Below, piece by piece: positions 47,601-57,386 of a stretch of DNA of 64,000 nt. The notes beneath the pieces were generated by a model. It worked only from the letters and a program-made list of their open reading frames with translations. It searched no databases and had not been told where the DNA came from. Position 1 is the stretch's first letter, and each line of letters begins with the position of its first letter. This DNA is from an uncultured Chloroflexia bacterium (lineage in GTDB: Bacteria; Chloroflexota; Chloroflexia; Thermomicrobiales; UBA6265), in assembly GCA_963741965.1 (NCBI GenBank), contig CAVUKC010000001.1, forward strand, positions 179,008 to 243,007, in the 5' to 3' direction. A program made the translations under genes and the position numbers.

Positions 47601-50600
47601 ACCACCGCGATCGGCGAGGGGCTCTGTGTCGAGCTCAACACCACCGGTGCGATCGCCTTCGTGGAGCCGCCGGCGGCCTGTGACAACGGTGACGGCGACC
47701 TCAACGACCAGCCTGGCCTGATCGAGATCGCCAACGTGCCGCCCGGCGACTACACCCTCACCGTTACCAGCGGTGCCGAGGGGATCCCGGACGTGACTGT
47801 GACCGTGTCGGAGACCGGCCAGGTGACGGTGCAGCTGGGCGAGGCCGCCACGGCGACCGCAGCGCCCACGGAGACGCCGGTTCCGACAGAGACGCCCACT
47901 GCGACCGCGACCGCCACGCTGGCACCGACGGAGACGCCGGTTCCCACCGAAACGCCGGTGCCGACCAACACGCCAGAGCCGACGGCGACGTCGACACCCG
48001 CGCCGACCACCGGCACCATCACGGTCACCGTGGTGGACAGCGAAGGCGCGCTCGGCGGTGCCTGCGTCGACATCACCAACCCGTCCGGCGGGCCGTACAC
48101 CTTCTGCGACGATGACGGTGACGGCACGATCGAGGTTCCGGACGCCGTGTTCGGCACCCAGACGATCAGCATGTCCACGGTTCCGGAGGGCTACGCCACC
48201 CCGGCCGATCAGCAGGTGGAGCTCTCGACCGACCAGCAGAGCGTGAGCGTCGAGTTCCAGCTCTCACTCGCCAACGGCACGATCCGCGTCGTCAGCGAGA
48301 CCGCCGACGGCACCGATCTGCCCGGCGCCTGCGTCGCGGTCGATGACGGCGACCCGGTGTGTGACACCGACGGTGACGGCGTGCTGATCTTCGAGCAGGT
48401 CCCGGCTGGCGACCACACCGTCGCGCAGACCACGCCGCCCGAGGGGTACCAGCCGGTCGACCCGCAGACGGCGACCGTCGTTGCCGGTGAGACCGTCGAG
48501 GTGCGGTTCACGAACGCGCCGGCGACCGGCTCCCTGGTCGCGACGGTGCTAAACGCGGACGGCGATCCGGTCGAGGGCATCTGCGTCGACATCAGCGCCG
48601 AGGGAGGCGAGCCGCAGACGCTCTGCGAGCAGGGTGACGGCGGCACCTTCAGCTTCGACAATGTCGCGCCGGGGACGTACAGCGTCTCGGTGAGCCAGGT
48701 GCCGCAGGCGTACGTCACGCCGGATCCCGTCAGTGTCGACGTCACCGCCGGCCAGGAGGCCACGGTCCAGATCGAGCTGGCCGCGGCCCCGCCGCAGACG
48801 GGCAGCGCGCTGCTGACGTTGCTCAGCGAAGACGGCCAGGCGGCCGCCGGAGTCTGCATCGGCCTGGTGAATCAGGACAGCGGCGAACAGCTCGGCCCGT
48901 TCTGCGACAACGGCGAGGGCGACAACGACGCCACTGAGGGCGTGCTGCTGGTGCAGGACATCCCGGTCGGCACCTACGAGGTCGTCTTCCCGGACGCGAA
49001 CAGCTTCACGACGACCGGCGCGGCGCTGCTGCGGATGCAGGACACCGCCGAGCCGATCATCATCGAGATCACGGCGGGAGAGACGACCGAGATGGACGTC
49101 GTCGTGCCTGGCCTGCTGGTGCTCGGCGGTATCGAGATGACCACTGTCGACGCCGCGACCGGCGACCCCGTGGCGGGCGCCTGCTACACGATCAGCACCT
49201 CCGAGCCGACCGTCGTCTGCGACGGCGGTGACGGCGACGAGTCCGCCGACGACGGCACCGTGCTGGTGACCGGGCTCGCGCAGGGCGATTACACCGTCAG
49301 CATGAGCACGCCGCCCGATGGCTACACCGCCGCAGCCGACCAGACCGCGACCGTGACCGGCGGTGGCACGGCGTCGCTCCGGTACGAGGTCACGGCAGAG
49401 GTCACGACCGGCACGCTGACCGTCACAAAGGTCGACGGCGCAGGCGATGCCCTGTCGGGTACCTGCTTCCGCCTCGAGAACGGCGGCGGCTCGGTTGCCC
49501 AGGTCTGCGACGATGATGACGGCGCCGACGACGGCACGCTCGTGTTCAGCGACGTCCCGGCGGGCACCTACACGCTCGTCGAAACGCGGACGCCGGGCAG
49601 CCAGTACCAGGCCGCGCCGAACCGCACGGTCGAGATCGGCGCTGGCGAGGACGTCGCCATCGAGGTGACCAACACCGCCGCGCCGGGCCGGCTCTACGTG
49701 GTGAAGGTCGACAGCGCCGACCCATCGACGCGACTCGAGGACGCCTGCTTCCGCCTCGACGGGAGCGCGACCTACGGTCCGTTCTGCGACGGCGACGACC
49801 TCAACGTTGACGGCCGCACGGTGTTCAGCAACGTCGCGCCGGGCACCTACACGCTGGTGGAGACCCAGGCGCCGGCCGGCTACGATGCCGCCGATGACCG
49901 CGAGGTCACCATCAACCCCGGCGTCACCCTGCAGATCACGGTGCAGGACGAAAAGACCCCGCCGCCGCCGGAGGCCGGCACGCTGGTGGTGCACAAGCTG
50001 GACGAGAACAACGAGGCGCTCGCCGGCGGCTGCTTCCGCCTGTTCGACGGCGACACGCCGGTAAGCGGCCAGGTGTGCGACATCACCGACGGCACCAACG
50101 ACGCGACGATCACGTTCGAGAACGTCCCGGTCGGCACGTGGACCCTGCGCGAGACGCTGGCGCCGTCGCCGAGCTACCAGCTCGCGCCGGACCAGAATGT
50201 GACGATCGAGAACGGCAAGACGACCGAGGTCAACGTCACCGACCAGCTCAAGCGAGGTCGCATTCTCGTCAAGAAGGTGACGCCGCAGGGCAAGGCGGTC
50301 ACGGGCGCCTGCTTCGAGCTCTCGCCGGACCAGGGTGACCCGCTCTGCTCCGACGCCAACGGGCAGATTCTGTTCGAGGACGTGCCGGTCGGCAGCTACA
50401 CGCTCACCGAGACGACCGTGCCGTACGGATACAAGAAGGCGGACCCGGTCGAGGACATCACCGTCAACCCGGGCCAGACCACCGTGGTGACGGTGGAGAA
50501 CGAAAGCCAGCCGCCACCCAACACCGGCTCGGTGCAGGTGCTCAAGTTCGTCTGCCCGGTCAGCACGGCCGATGAGGAGCACACGAGCTTCCTCGGCGGC

Positions 50601-51818
50601 GCGGCGGGCAACGCCGAGCTGTCGCAGACCAAGGGCTGCGCGCCGGCGAACGCCGAGTTCACGCTCGTCGGGCAGGACGGCGCGGACGGACCGGGCGCGT
50701 TCAGCACCGGCAACGACGGCCAGTACCAGGTGACGCTGCCGGCGAAGGTCTACCGGCTCGACGAGACCGATCCGGACCTGCCGGGCAACTCGGCGGCACT
50801 GCTGCGCGTCGAGGTCGGCAAGCTGACGACGGTGGTGGTGATCAACTACGTGGCGCCGCCGGCACCGGAACCGGTCAACATCCACGTCGCCAAGTACACC
50901 TGCCAGGCGGGGTTCAACGGCACGACATACGAGGACTTCGCGGCGAGCTGCATGAGCGACTCGCAGCTGACCAACAACATCACCGTGCGAGCCGAGGGTC
51001 CGGTTGACCTCAAGGCCATCACCGGTGACGGTGGCAAGACCGGCCGCACGGTCTTCGCCAACCAGCCCGCGGGCACGTACACGATCTACGAGGAGCGGCC
51101 GTACAACATCCCGACGAACTACGGGTTCTGTGGGTGGAACGGCAACTGGCCGGCGGACTTCAAGACCGTGAACGGCGCGATCACCGCCAAGCTCGGTCAG
51201 GGAGACGACTTCAGCTGCGTCTTCTTCAACATCCCCGAGCCGGTGACCGACTCGACCGGCGTGATCCTGGTGCGGAAGTACGTCTGCGACGTCGACGCGC
51301 CGCCGAAGGGGTACAAGTTCGCCGACGAGTGCAGGCTCAGCGACCAGAACGCGTCGTTCGACCTGAAGCAGTTCAACGAGGAGCTGCAGAACTACCCGGA
51401 GCAGGGCACGCGGCAAACGGCGAACCCGGATGGCTTCGTGCGATTCATCAACCTGCGGCCTGGCAGCTACCAGCTACGGGAGGTGGACGCGAACTGGTGC
51501 TACGCCAACTCCAACAGCGTCAACACCAAGGGCGACGTGGTCGTGAAGGCTGGACAGGTCTCGCTGGTGTCCATCTACAACTGCGTCGGCACGTCGCAGC
51601 CGCCCAACACCGGCAGCGGTGACGCGGCTGGGCTGCTCAACCCGTCAGAGCCGGCAGCGCCGGCTCCTGGGGCGGGCAACGGCGCAATCGGCGTGACGCC
51701 GGGCATCGCCTGGCCGCTGGCCATCATCGGCGCGGTGCTGCTCGCGTTGCGATCGCGGAAGGTACTGGCGCCGGGGTACGACTGGTCGAAGGCGGAGGAC
51801 GACCGGGACGCCGCCTGA
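44603..51818 (+). pseudogene. Giant cell-surface protein (about 2400 aa) with about 19 tandem prealbumin/SpaA(Cna-B)-like domains; split by a +1 frameshift near 45761
   Basis: ggagga RBS and signal/TM segment WWIHLLGAIALVMGLLLPL. Pullulanase-associated-like AAVGDFQEALGCAAFDPSCQ module. Repeating G.L.V..LD....P..GACF.L......C......F..VP.G.YTL.E units. C-terminal TM plus RSRK. ORFs 44483..46168 and 45663..51818 join as QNGAPVG|GACFALL. The span is 7216 nt (1 mod 3). Confidence 0.8.
45993..48014 (+). repeat. Five Thr/Pro-rich linker-coding tracts inside the giant gene (PTETPV, about 18-nt periodicity)
   Basis: Linkers at about 45993-46070, 46347-46463, 46746-46868, 47145-47270 and 47841-48014. 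Domains 2-6 between them are near-duplicates (FANNGNTGFFGVPSGTYTLR). Confidence 0.8.
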
Positions 51819-51842
51819 CAGCAGGGAACAGCCGAATACGAG

Positions 51843-51874
51843 ACAGTGGGGACGTCAACCGACGTCCCCACTGT
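51843..51874 (+). terminator. Rho-independent-type terminator of the giant gene
   Basis: 14-bp perfect stem acagtggggacgtc / gacgtccccactgt with loop aacc, 25 nt after the stop, followed by cgtctt. Confidence 0.65.
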
Positions 51875-52095
51875 CGTCTTGCTGTCACCTGAGGCGAGAC
51901 AAGACACCAACATGTAGAACGCGGGCCGCGGTGCCCGGGTTCGTCGTCCTTACCAGCGAGCGATTCCGGGAACAAAGACACACCGGTAGACCTGTCCCGC
52001 TGTGGACGGGCCTGTCGAGACTGCAATCGTTTGATCCACAAGAGTCATCGGCACAACAGTTTGCCCCACCGCTGCGAGCCGGCGTGAAGCGCGAG

Positions 52096-52122
52096 CCCGC
52101 CCACGGAGGGGACGGGCCCACC
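52096..52122. repeat. Repeat family A, copy 3
   Basis: cccgcccacggaggggacgggcccacc (one extra base). Confidence 0.75.
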
Positions 52123-52245
52123 GGGGGGCGGCTGAAACCGGCCCTCGGTAGACAGCGGAACGCCGCCCACAGAAGGCGGCGCTGCAACGATGAGTTCCTG
52201 TAGCGTTGGGTCCTGTGCCCGACGTCTGGACCATCGCGGCGACCC

Positions 52246-53250
52246 TCACTCCTCGTCGTGGACGACGTCCTCGCCCGAGAGGATGGTGGCGAGGGTCTCG
52301 AGCGCGATGTTGCGGCCGGAGATGATGGCGACGACGTCGCCGTCTCGGTACTCGTCCGGCAGCATCCCCGCCAGCAGCGCGGCGACCGGCACCGCCCCGG
52401 CCCCCTCGGCGACGAGACCGTGCCGCCTCACCAGCCAGCGGATCGCCTCGGCGATCTCGTCCTCCGTCACCTGTACCAGCTCGCTGACATGTCGCTTGAT
52501 CAGCTCGACGGTGATCGAGCCCGGCTCGAGATTGCCGGCGAGCCCGTCGGCGAGCGTTGGATCGATCTCGATCGTCTCGGTCCCGCCCGCCTCGATCGCG
52601 CTGGAGATCGCCGGCGATGCCTCGGCCTCGACACCGATGACGCGGATGGGGCGCTCGTCGCTGGTGAGCTGGGTCGCTCTCAGCCCGAGACCGCTCAACA
52701 ACCCGCCCCCGCCCGCGCCGGCGATAATCGTCAACGGTCGGTCGCCGGGGTGTTGCGCCACGATTTCGTCGAGAATCGTCGACTGGCCGGCGATGACGTG
52801 CGGATCGTTGTAGGGCGAGATCAGCTCGACGTCCTTCGCCGGGGCGTCGGCGCGGGACACTGCCCACGCTTCGGCTTCATCGAAGCTCTCGCCGTGGGTA
52901 ACGAGCTGCACCGGAAGGTTGCGCAGCGCCTCGATCTTCGCCGGTGAGGCCGTCTCCGGCACGACGACCATTGCCTTTCGGCCCAGCAGGGACGCCGCGT
53001 GCGCGATGCCGAGCGCGTGGTTGCCAGCCGAGGCGGTGATGATCGGGCGATTAGCGGCCACGGCGGACATCGCCGCGAGCGCGCCGCGGACCTTGAAGGA
53101 TCCGGTTGGCTGGAACGACTCCAGCTTGAGCCAGCCGTTGCGGCGCACCGGCGACGGAATCAGCGGGGTCGGCGTCAGGTGTCGTGCGATCACCTCGCGG
53201 GCGGCGGCAAAGTCCTCGTCGGTGGGCAGGGGAACGGATCGGGTAAACAT
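52246..53250 (-). CDS. PLP-dependent threonine/serine dehydratase-family enzyme
   Basis: SFQPTGSFKVRGA (PLP-lysine motif), ASAGNHA, and a GGGGLLSG glycine loop. Confidence 0.8.
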   Translation of the reverse strand: MFTRSVPLPTDEDFAAAREVIARHLTPTPLIPSPVRRNGWLKLESFQPTGSFKVRGALAAMSAVAANRPIITASAGNHALGIAHAASLLGRKAMVVVPETASPAKIEALRNLPVQLVTHGESFDEAEAWAVSRADAPAKDVELISPYNDPHVIAGQSTILDEIVAQHPGDRPLTIIAGAGGGGLLSGLGLRATQLTSDERPIRVIGVEAEASPAISSAIEAGGTETIEIDPTLADGLAGNLEPGSITVELIKRHVSELVQVTEDEIAEAIRWLVRRHGLVAEGAGAVPVAALLAGMLPDEYRDGDVVAIISGRNIALETLATILSGEDVVHDEE

Positions 53251-53278
53251 GGCGCTCCTGTCGGTGTCGTGCGATGGG

Positions 53279-53626
53279 CTACGTGGCGGTGGAGGAGGAC
53301 GATCGCTGGACGAGCCATGCGCCGACGAGCACGGCGGCCCCGACGCCGATCCAGATCGGCGAGAGCGCTGCTAAGCCGCCGACGAGGAACATCATGCCGA
53401 TCGTCGCGACCAGAAGCGCCAGCAGCAGCTCGTTCGACATCCGCGTGCCGCTGCGCCAGGAGGCGCGGGTGCGAACCACCAGCCAGATCGCCACAGATGC
53501 GATCGCGGCGATGACCAGCGAGAAGCCGATTGCGCGGGTGTCCCCAGTGGCGCCGTAGGCGATGAAGGCGCCGCCGAGCGCGACGGGGAAGGTGGCGAGC
53601 CCGATGAACGGGGTGATCGTCTCCAT
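53279..53626 (-). CDS. Small membrane protein (115 aa, 4 predicted TM)
   Basis: METITPF start with four hydrophobic stretches. No family recognised. Confidence 0.45.
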   Translation of the reverse strand: METITPFIGLATFPVALGGAFIAYGATGDTRAIGFSLVIAAIASVAIWLVVRTRASWRSGTRMSNELLLALLVATIGMMFLVGGLAALSPIWIGVGAAVLVGAWLVQRSSSSTAT

Positions 53627-54003
53627 GCGGAGTCCGCGCGGCTCCTCAGTGGCGGGGAGCGCGTCTCGGGGCGGTCGTGGCTTTTTCGGGAGGCCCTGCT
53701 GTCGGGGTGGTCGGCTGCCCATGGGGGTGTGGTGCTCCAGATGATGCGTCGTTGTCACTGGAGACAAGGATAGCGGAGCGGGGCAGTGCGACGCTGGCGA
53801 GCGGTGCAGTCCCTCACGGTCGGTGGGGAGGACAACCGGCTTTCGTAGCGCCGGGGACCCCTTCGCCTGGAGATCCTCCGGCACATCTCGGGATTGCGCC
53901 CCTCACCGGCTCAGTGACCTGTCACATCGTTGCGGTCACGTAGGGGCGGATCTTGTGTTGCCGGCGGGCGCCGGGCGGCAAGGCGACGCGTCGCTCCTGC
54001 CAC

Positions 54004-54074
54004 CGATTGTGGCCGCTGCGCGACCACCGGGCTGGGACAGAGCCCAGCCCCTACACTCCAGTGGCGCGCAACAA
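54004..54074. repeat. Repeat family C, copy 2 (inverted relative to copy 1)
   Basis: gattgtggccgctgcgcgaccaccgggctgggacagagcccagcccctacac... Confidence 0.8.
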
Positions 54075-54103
54075 GGAGATGTCGCCCTGCGCACCGAGCG
54101 TTG

Positions 54104-54745
54104 CTATCCGTTCTTCGCGGCGAAGGTCATGCCGGAGCCGAGCGGGAGCACGGAGACGGTGAGGCGATCGTCGTCGGCCATGCGGCGGGAGAGCTGGTCC
54201 ATCATCGCCGCGTTCTCATTCTCCTGCTCCAGCACCGACCAGAGCATGTTGTCGAGCAGCATCACGCCGCCGGGTCGCAGCAGCTCCGTCACGCGATCGA
54301 CATAGTGGGGATAGTTGGGCTTGTCCGCGTCGATGAACGCGAAGTCGAAGGTTCCCTGTTTTCCGTCGTGGAGAAGCGCGTCCAGCGACTCCAGCGCCGG
54401 AGCGATGCGGAGGTCGATCCGATCGGCGACGCCGGCTTCCTCCCAGTAGCGCCGGGCGATCTTCGTCACCTCGGGGTCGACGTCGAGCGCGGTCACCTGC
54501 ACCTGCGGAGCGTTCATGGTAACGGTGAGGGAGCTGAAGCCGGTGAACACGCCGATATCGAGCGAGCGCTCCGGGTTGACGGCCCGCGCCAACGTCGCGA
54601 GCAGGGCGCCGCCCTCGGGGTCGAGGATCATGCCGGCGTGGGGGTGGCTCGCGGTCTCGGCGCGCAGCCGCTGGATAATCTGCGGCTCGCGCACGTAGCG
54701 CTCGCGAACGCGCTCGAGGACGGTGTCGTAAGGGATGGAGGTCAT
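54104..54745 (-). CDS. Class I SAM-dependent O-methyltransferase (caffeoyl-CoA OMT-like, family 3)
   Basis: SLDIGVFTGFSS, FDFAFIDADKPNY and LLRPGGVMLLDN motifs. Confidence 0.8.
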   Translation of the reverse strand: MTSIPYDTVLERVRERYVREPQIIQRLRAETASHPHAGMILDPEGGALLATLARAVNPERSLDIGVFTGFSSLTVTMNAPQVQVTALDVDPEVTKIARRYWEEAGVADRIDLRIAPALESLDALLHDGKQGTFDFAFIDADKPNYPHYVDRVTELLRPGGVMLLDNMLWSVLEQENENAAMMDQLSRRMADDDRLTVSVLPLGSGMTFAAKNG

Positions 54746-54930
54746 GAGCTTCTCCCTGTTGTCGGTGGGCCGGGCATCTGTGTCGGCTCGGTGTCCGGCT
54801 GGCGATCGGCCGTGGAGGTGGGGCGGGGAGCACCGGAGAATCGTCTGGCCGACCAGGTGATCAGGTAGTAGAGCACCACAGCGAAGAGCAGGGCGAACAC
54901 GCCCATCGCGAGGTAGAGCAGCAGTTCCAT
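54742..54930 (-). CDS. Small membrane protein (62 aa), translationally coupled to the OMT
   Basis: GGAGAGG RBS. One TM helix (MELLLYLAMGVFALLFAVVLYYLI). ATGA overlap with the OMT start. Confidence 0.4.
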   Translation of the reverse strand: MELLLYLAMGVFALLFAVVLYYLITWSARRFSGAPRPTSTADRQPDTEPTQMPGPPTTGRSS

Positions 54931-55097
54931 CCAGGTCCTCTCCCGTCCGTGCCCATCGTGCCGCACAAGGCAGGGCCAGTGTACCAACCCGGAGGATCAC
55001 TGCTCGCCGCACCTTGCTGTATCCGGTTTCTAAGTAGACGCCGGCACGACCATAGGCCCGTCGGGCTGGGACTGCGCCGCGGCCGAGAACGCTCAGG

Positions 55098-55217
55098 CTA
55101 CGACCGATTCCGCTGGCGGCGGGCGATGAGCCAGAAGACGCCGATCGGCAGCACAACCGCCGCAGCCAGCTGGCCGACACCCTGGACGACGCCCCAGATA
55201 AATTCGAATGGATCCAT
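55098..55217 (-). CDS. Possible 39-aa membrane micro-protein
   Basis: GGAGG lies 4 nt before the ATG. MDPFEFIWGVVQGVGQLAAAVVLPIGVFWLIARRQRNRS (one TM plus a basic tail). Confidence 0.25.
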   Translation of the reverse strand: MDPFEFIWGVVQGVGQLAAAVVLPIGVFWLIARRQRNRS

Positions 55218-55403
55218 GGCGCCTCCGAGTGCGCATCGTATCTGTCGCTCCGCGAATGCTAGCGCATGGCGCGGTCGGGGCCACCGCCCGTGAGTGATGA
55301 ACGCCTCCATCATGTCAGCGGTCACCGCGATTGCCGGTGGCGCGATCACCTGATACCGTGCCCGAAGCAATTCGGTTGAAGGTTGAAGGGACGGGCACCA
55401 CAC

Positions 55404-56843
55404 ATGGCGGAATCGGCAGACCTGGCGTATCAGCGACAGCTCATCGGCGACATCTGGACCACCGACGAGCCCCTGCGCAATCTCGAAACTCTCTGTGACG
55501 TGATCGGCTCGCGCTGGGCCGGGAGCGAGAGCGAACGGCAGGGTGGAGAGTTCATCAAGGCCAGGCTGGAGGCGTACGGCCTCGAGAACGTCCGGCTGGA
55601 ACCGGTGAGGTTCGGCGCCTGGACGCGGGGGCACGCCACGCTGGAGCTGGTCGAGCCGACCGAGCGCGCGTTCTCCTGCATCGCGCTCCCGTACTCGAAG
55701 TCAGGCGACGTCGATGCCGAGCTGATCGACGCCGGCAACGGTGAGGCGGACGACTTCGAGCGGCTCGGTGACGCCGTTCGCGGCAGGATCGTGATCGCCG
55801 CCGCGGAGACCAACGCGGCGGGAACGCGCTCGAAGAAGCTCGCCCACCGCACCGACAAGCTGCGGTTCGCCGTCGACGCCGGTGCGGCCGGCATGATCTT
55901 CGTCAACCAGAACCCCGGCCTGCTGCACATCACCGGCGGCATCGGCGCGCCCGGCGGCGGTCCGGCCGCCATCGTCGCCGTCGGTACCTCGTGGGAGCAC
56001 GGCCAGACGATCCTGCGTCTCGCGCGTCGCGGCGAGGGCGCCGCCCGCGTTCGGTTGTCGGTGGGCGGCACCTTCGAGCCGGACAACACGTCCTACAACG
56101 TCGTCGGCGAGATTCCGGGATCGCGGCAGCCGGACGAGCTGGTGCTGGCCGGCGCCCACTACGACGGCCACGACGTCTCCCAGGCCGCGCTCGATGACGG
56201 CGCCGGTACCATCGTCGCGCTGGAGGCCGCACGGGTGCTGGCCGCGCTGCCGCGCGAGGCGATCGGGCGCACCATCCGCTTCGTGCTCTTCTGCGGGGAG
56301 GAGGTTGGCCTGTTCGGCTCGTGGGCCTACACCGCCGACCACGAGGACGAAGCGGAGCGGACCCGATTCATGCTGAACCTGGACGGCGCGGGGCGCGGCA
56401 AGGGCGGTTCCGAGACGCTCAACATCTCCGGTCGACCCGAGCTGGTTCCATATTTCGAGGGGTTCCGCGAGGCGTCGCACTACGACATGACGATCTCCAA
56501 CGAGCTGAACTCCCACTCCGACCACTTCCCGTGGGCCGTTCGCGGCGTCCCATCGGCGACGCTCAACAGCCCTGACGACTCCACGACGCTTGTCGGCCGC
56601 GGCTGGGGCCACACCGAGGCGGACACCGTCGACAAGGCGACGCTTCGTGGCCTGCAGATGGCCGCGATGCAGACGGCCCGCCTGCTGCTGCAGGTTGCGT
56701 CGGATGAGGCGTTCCCGGGCGAGCGCAAGTCCCGCGAGGCGCTGCAGGAGCAGCTCGAGGAGCTGGAGCTCGACATCGCGCTCAAGCGAAGCGGCCGATG
56801 GGATCTCGTCGGCGGCCCGGCAGGCGCCACGACCCGCGGCTGA
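55404..56843 (+). CDS. M28-family aminopeptidase with PA domain
   Basis: GAHYDGHD, DDGAGT, CGEEVGLFGS and SDHFPW metal-ligand motifs of M28. Confidence 0.8.
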   Translation: MAESADLAYQRQLIGDIWTTDEPLRNLETLCDVIGSRWAGSESERQGGEFIKARLEAYGLENVRLEPVRFGAWTRGHATLELVEPTERAFSCIALPYSKSGDVDAELIDAGNGEADDFERLGDAVRGRIVIAAAETNAAGTRSKKLAHRTDKLRFAVDAGAAGMIFVNQNPGLLHITGGIGAPGGGPAAIVAVGTSWEHGQTILRLARRGEGAARVRLSVGGTFEPDNTSYNVVGEIPGSRQPDELVLAGAHYDGHDVSQAALDDGAGTIVALEAARVLAALPREAIGRTIRFVLFCGEEVGLFGSWAYTADHEDEAERTRFMLNLDGAGRGKGGSETLNISGRPELVPYFEGFREASHYDMTISNELNSHSDHFPWAVRGVPSATLNSPDDSTTLVGRGWGHTEADTVDKATLRGLQMAAMQTARLLLQVASDEAFPGERKSREALQEQLEELELDIALKRSGRWDLVGGPAGATTRG

Positions 56844-56865
56844 TCGCCTTGCAGACCTTCATGCG

Positions 56866-56907
56866 CGACACGGCCTCCCTGCCATCGCTGGCAGGGAGGC
56901 CGTGTCG
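56866..56907. terminator. Bidirectional hairpin between convergent genes
   Basis: 18-bp perfect stem cgacacggcctccctgcc / ggcagggaggccgtgtcg with a 6-nt loop. No U-tract. Confidence 0.45.
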
Positions 56908-56937
56908 GTGGACGCCGTTGTCCGGAGTTTGGTTGCG

Positions 56938-57153
56938 TTAGCCTCGAGTCTGGAGGACAGGTGTCGCGATCGGGCTCTCGCCGGTGATCTCCGGGCGGAG
57001 ATCGCCGATTCGCTCGCCGAGCCGGATGATGAACGCGCCGACTCGTTGCCGGTTGGTGCGCACATCCACCTCGTACGGCACCGGGTGGTAGAGCTTGCGG
57101 AGGTCGTTGCGATGCGCTTCGATGACGACGGGCTGGTAGTCGATGTCGATCAT
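56938..57153 (-). CDS. Hypothetical protein (71 aa)
   Basis: MIDIDYQPVVIEAHRNDLRKLYHPVPYEVDV... Weak RBS. No family recognised. Confidence 0.3.
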   Translation of the reverse strand: MIDIDYQPVVIEAHRNDLRKLYHPVPYEVDVRTNRQRVGAFIIRLGERIGDLRPEITGESPIATPVLQTRG

Positions 57154-57386
57154 GGCGATCTGGTGCTCCTGGGCCGGACATGCATCCATGCCAGATGTGT
57201 CGGGTGGGACGAAAGACTGACGTGCCGGCCGGGCGACCCTGCTGCCGACGCTCGGCTCCCGGGTCTTCCCTTGTTTGAAAGACGCGCGTGTGTGACGCGT
57301 GTGAGATGCGTGATGTGAGAAAGGGGAGACGTTGCGTCCCCCCTTCGAGCCAGTTCGGCCGCGTATGGCGTGCGGCGAATCCGTCG

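Noticed and set aside
45993-48014. Short periodic DNA repeats that could be mistaken for a CRISPR-like or VNTR array.
   Set aside because: They lie in frame inside the giant ORF and encode PTETPV-type Thr/Pro linkers between protein domains. There is no constant repeat with unique spacers.
51590-51640. Treating PPNTG as a proven sortase (LPXTG-type) signal.
   Set aside because: The spacing to the TM helix is atypical, the same pentapeptide occurs internally, and no sortase gene is in the window. It is kept only as a low-confidence finding.
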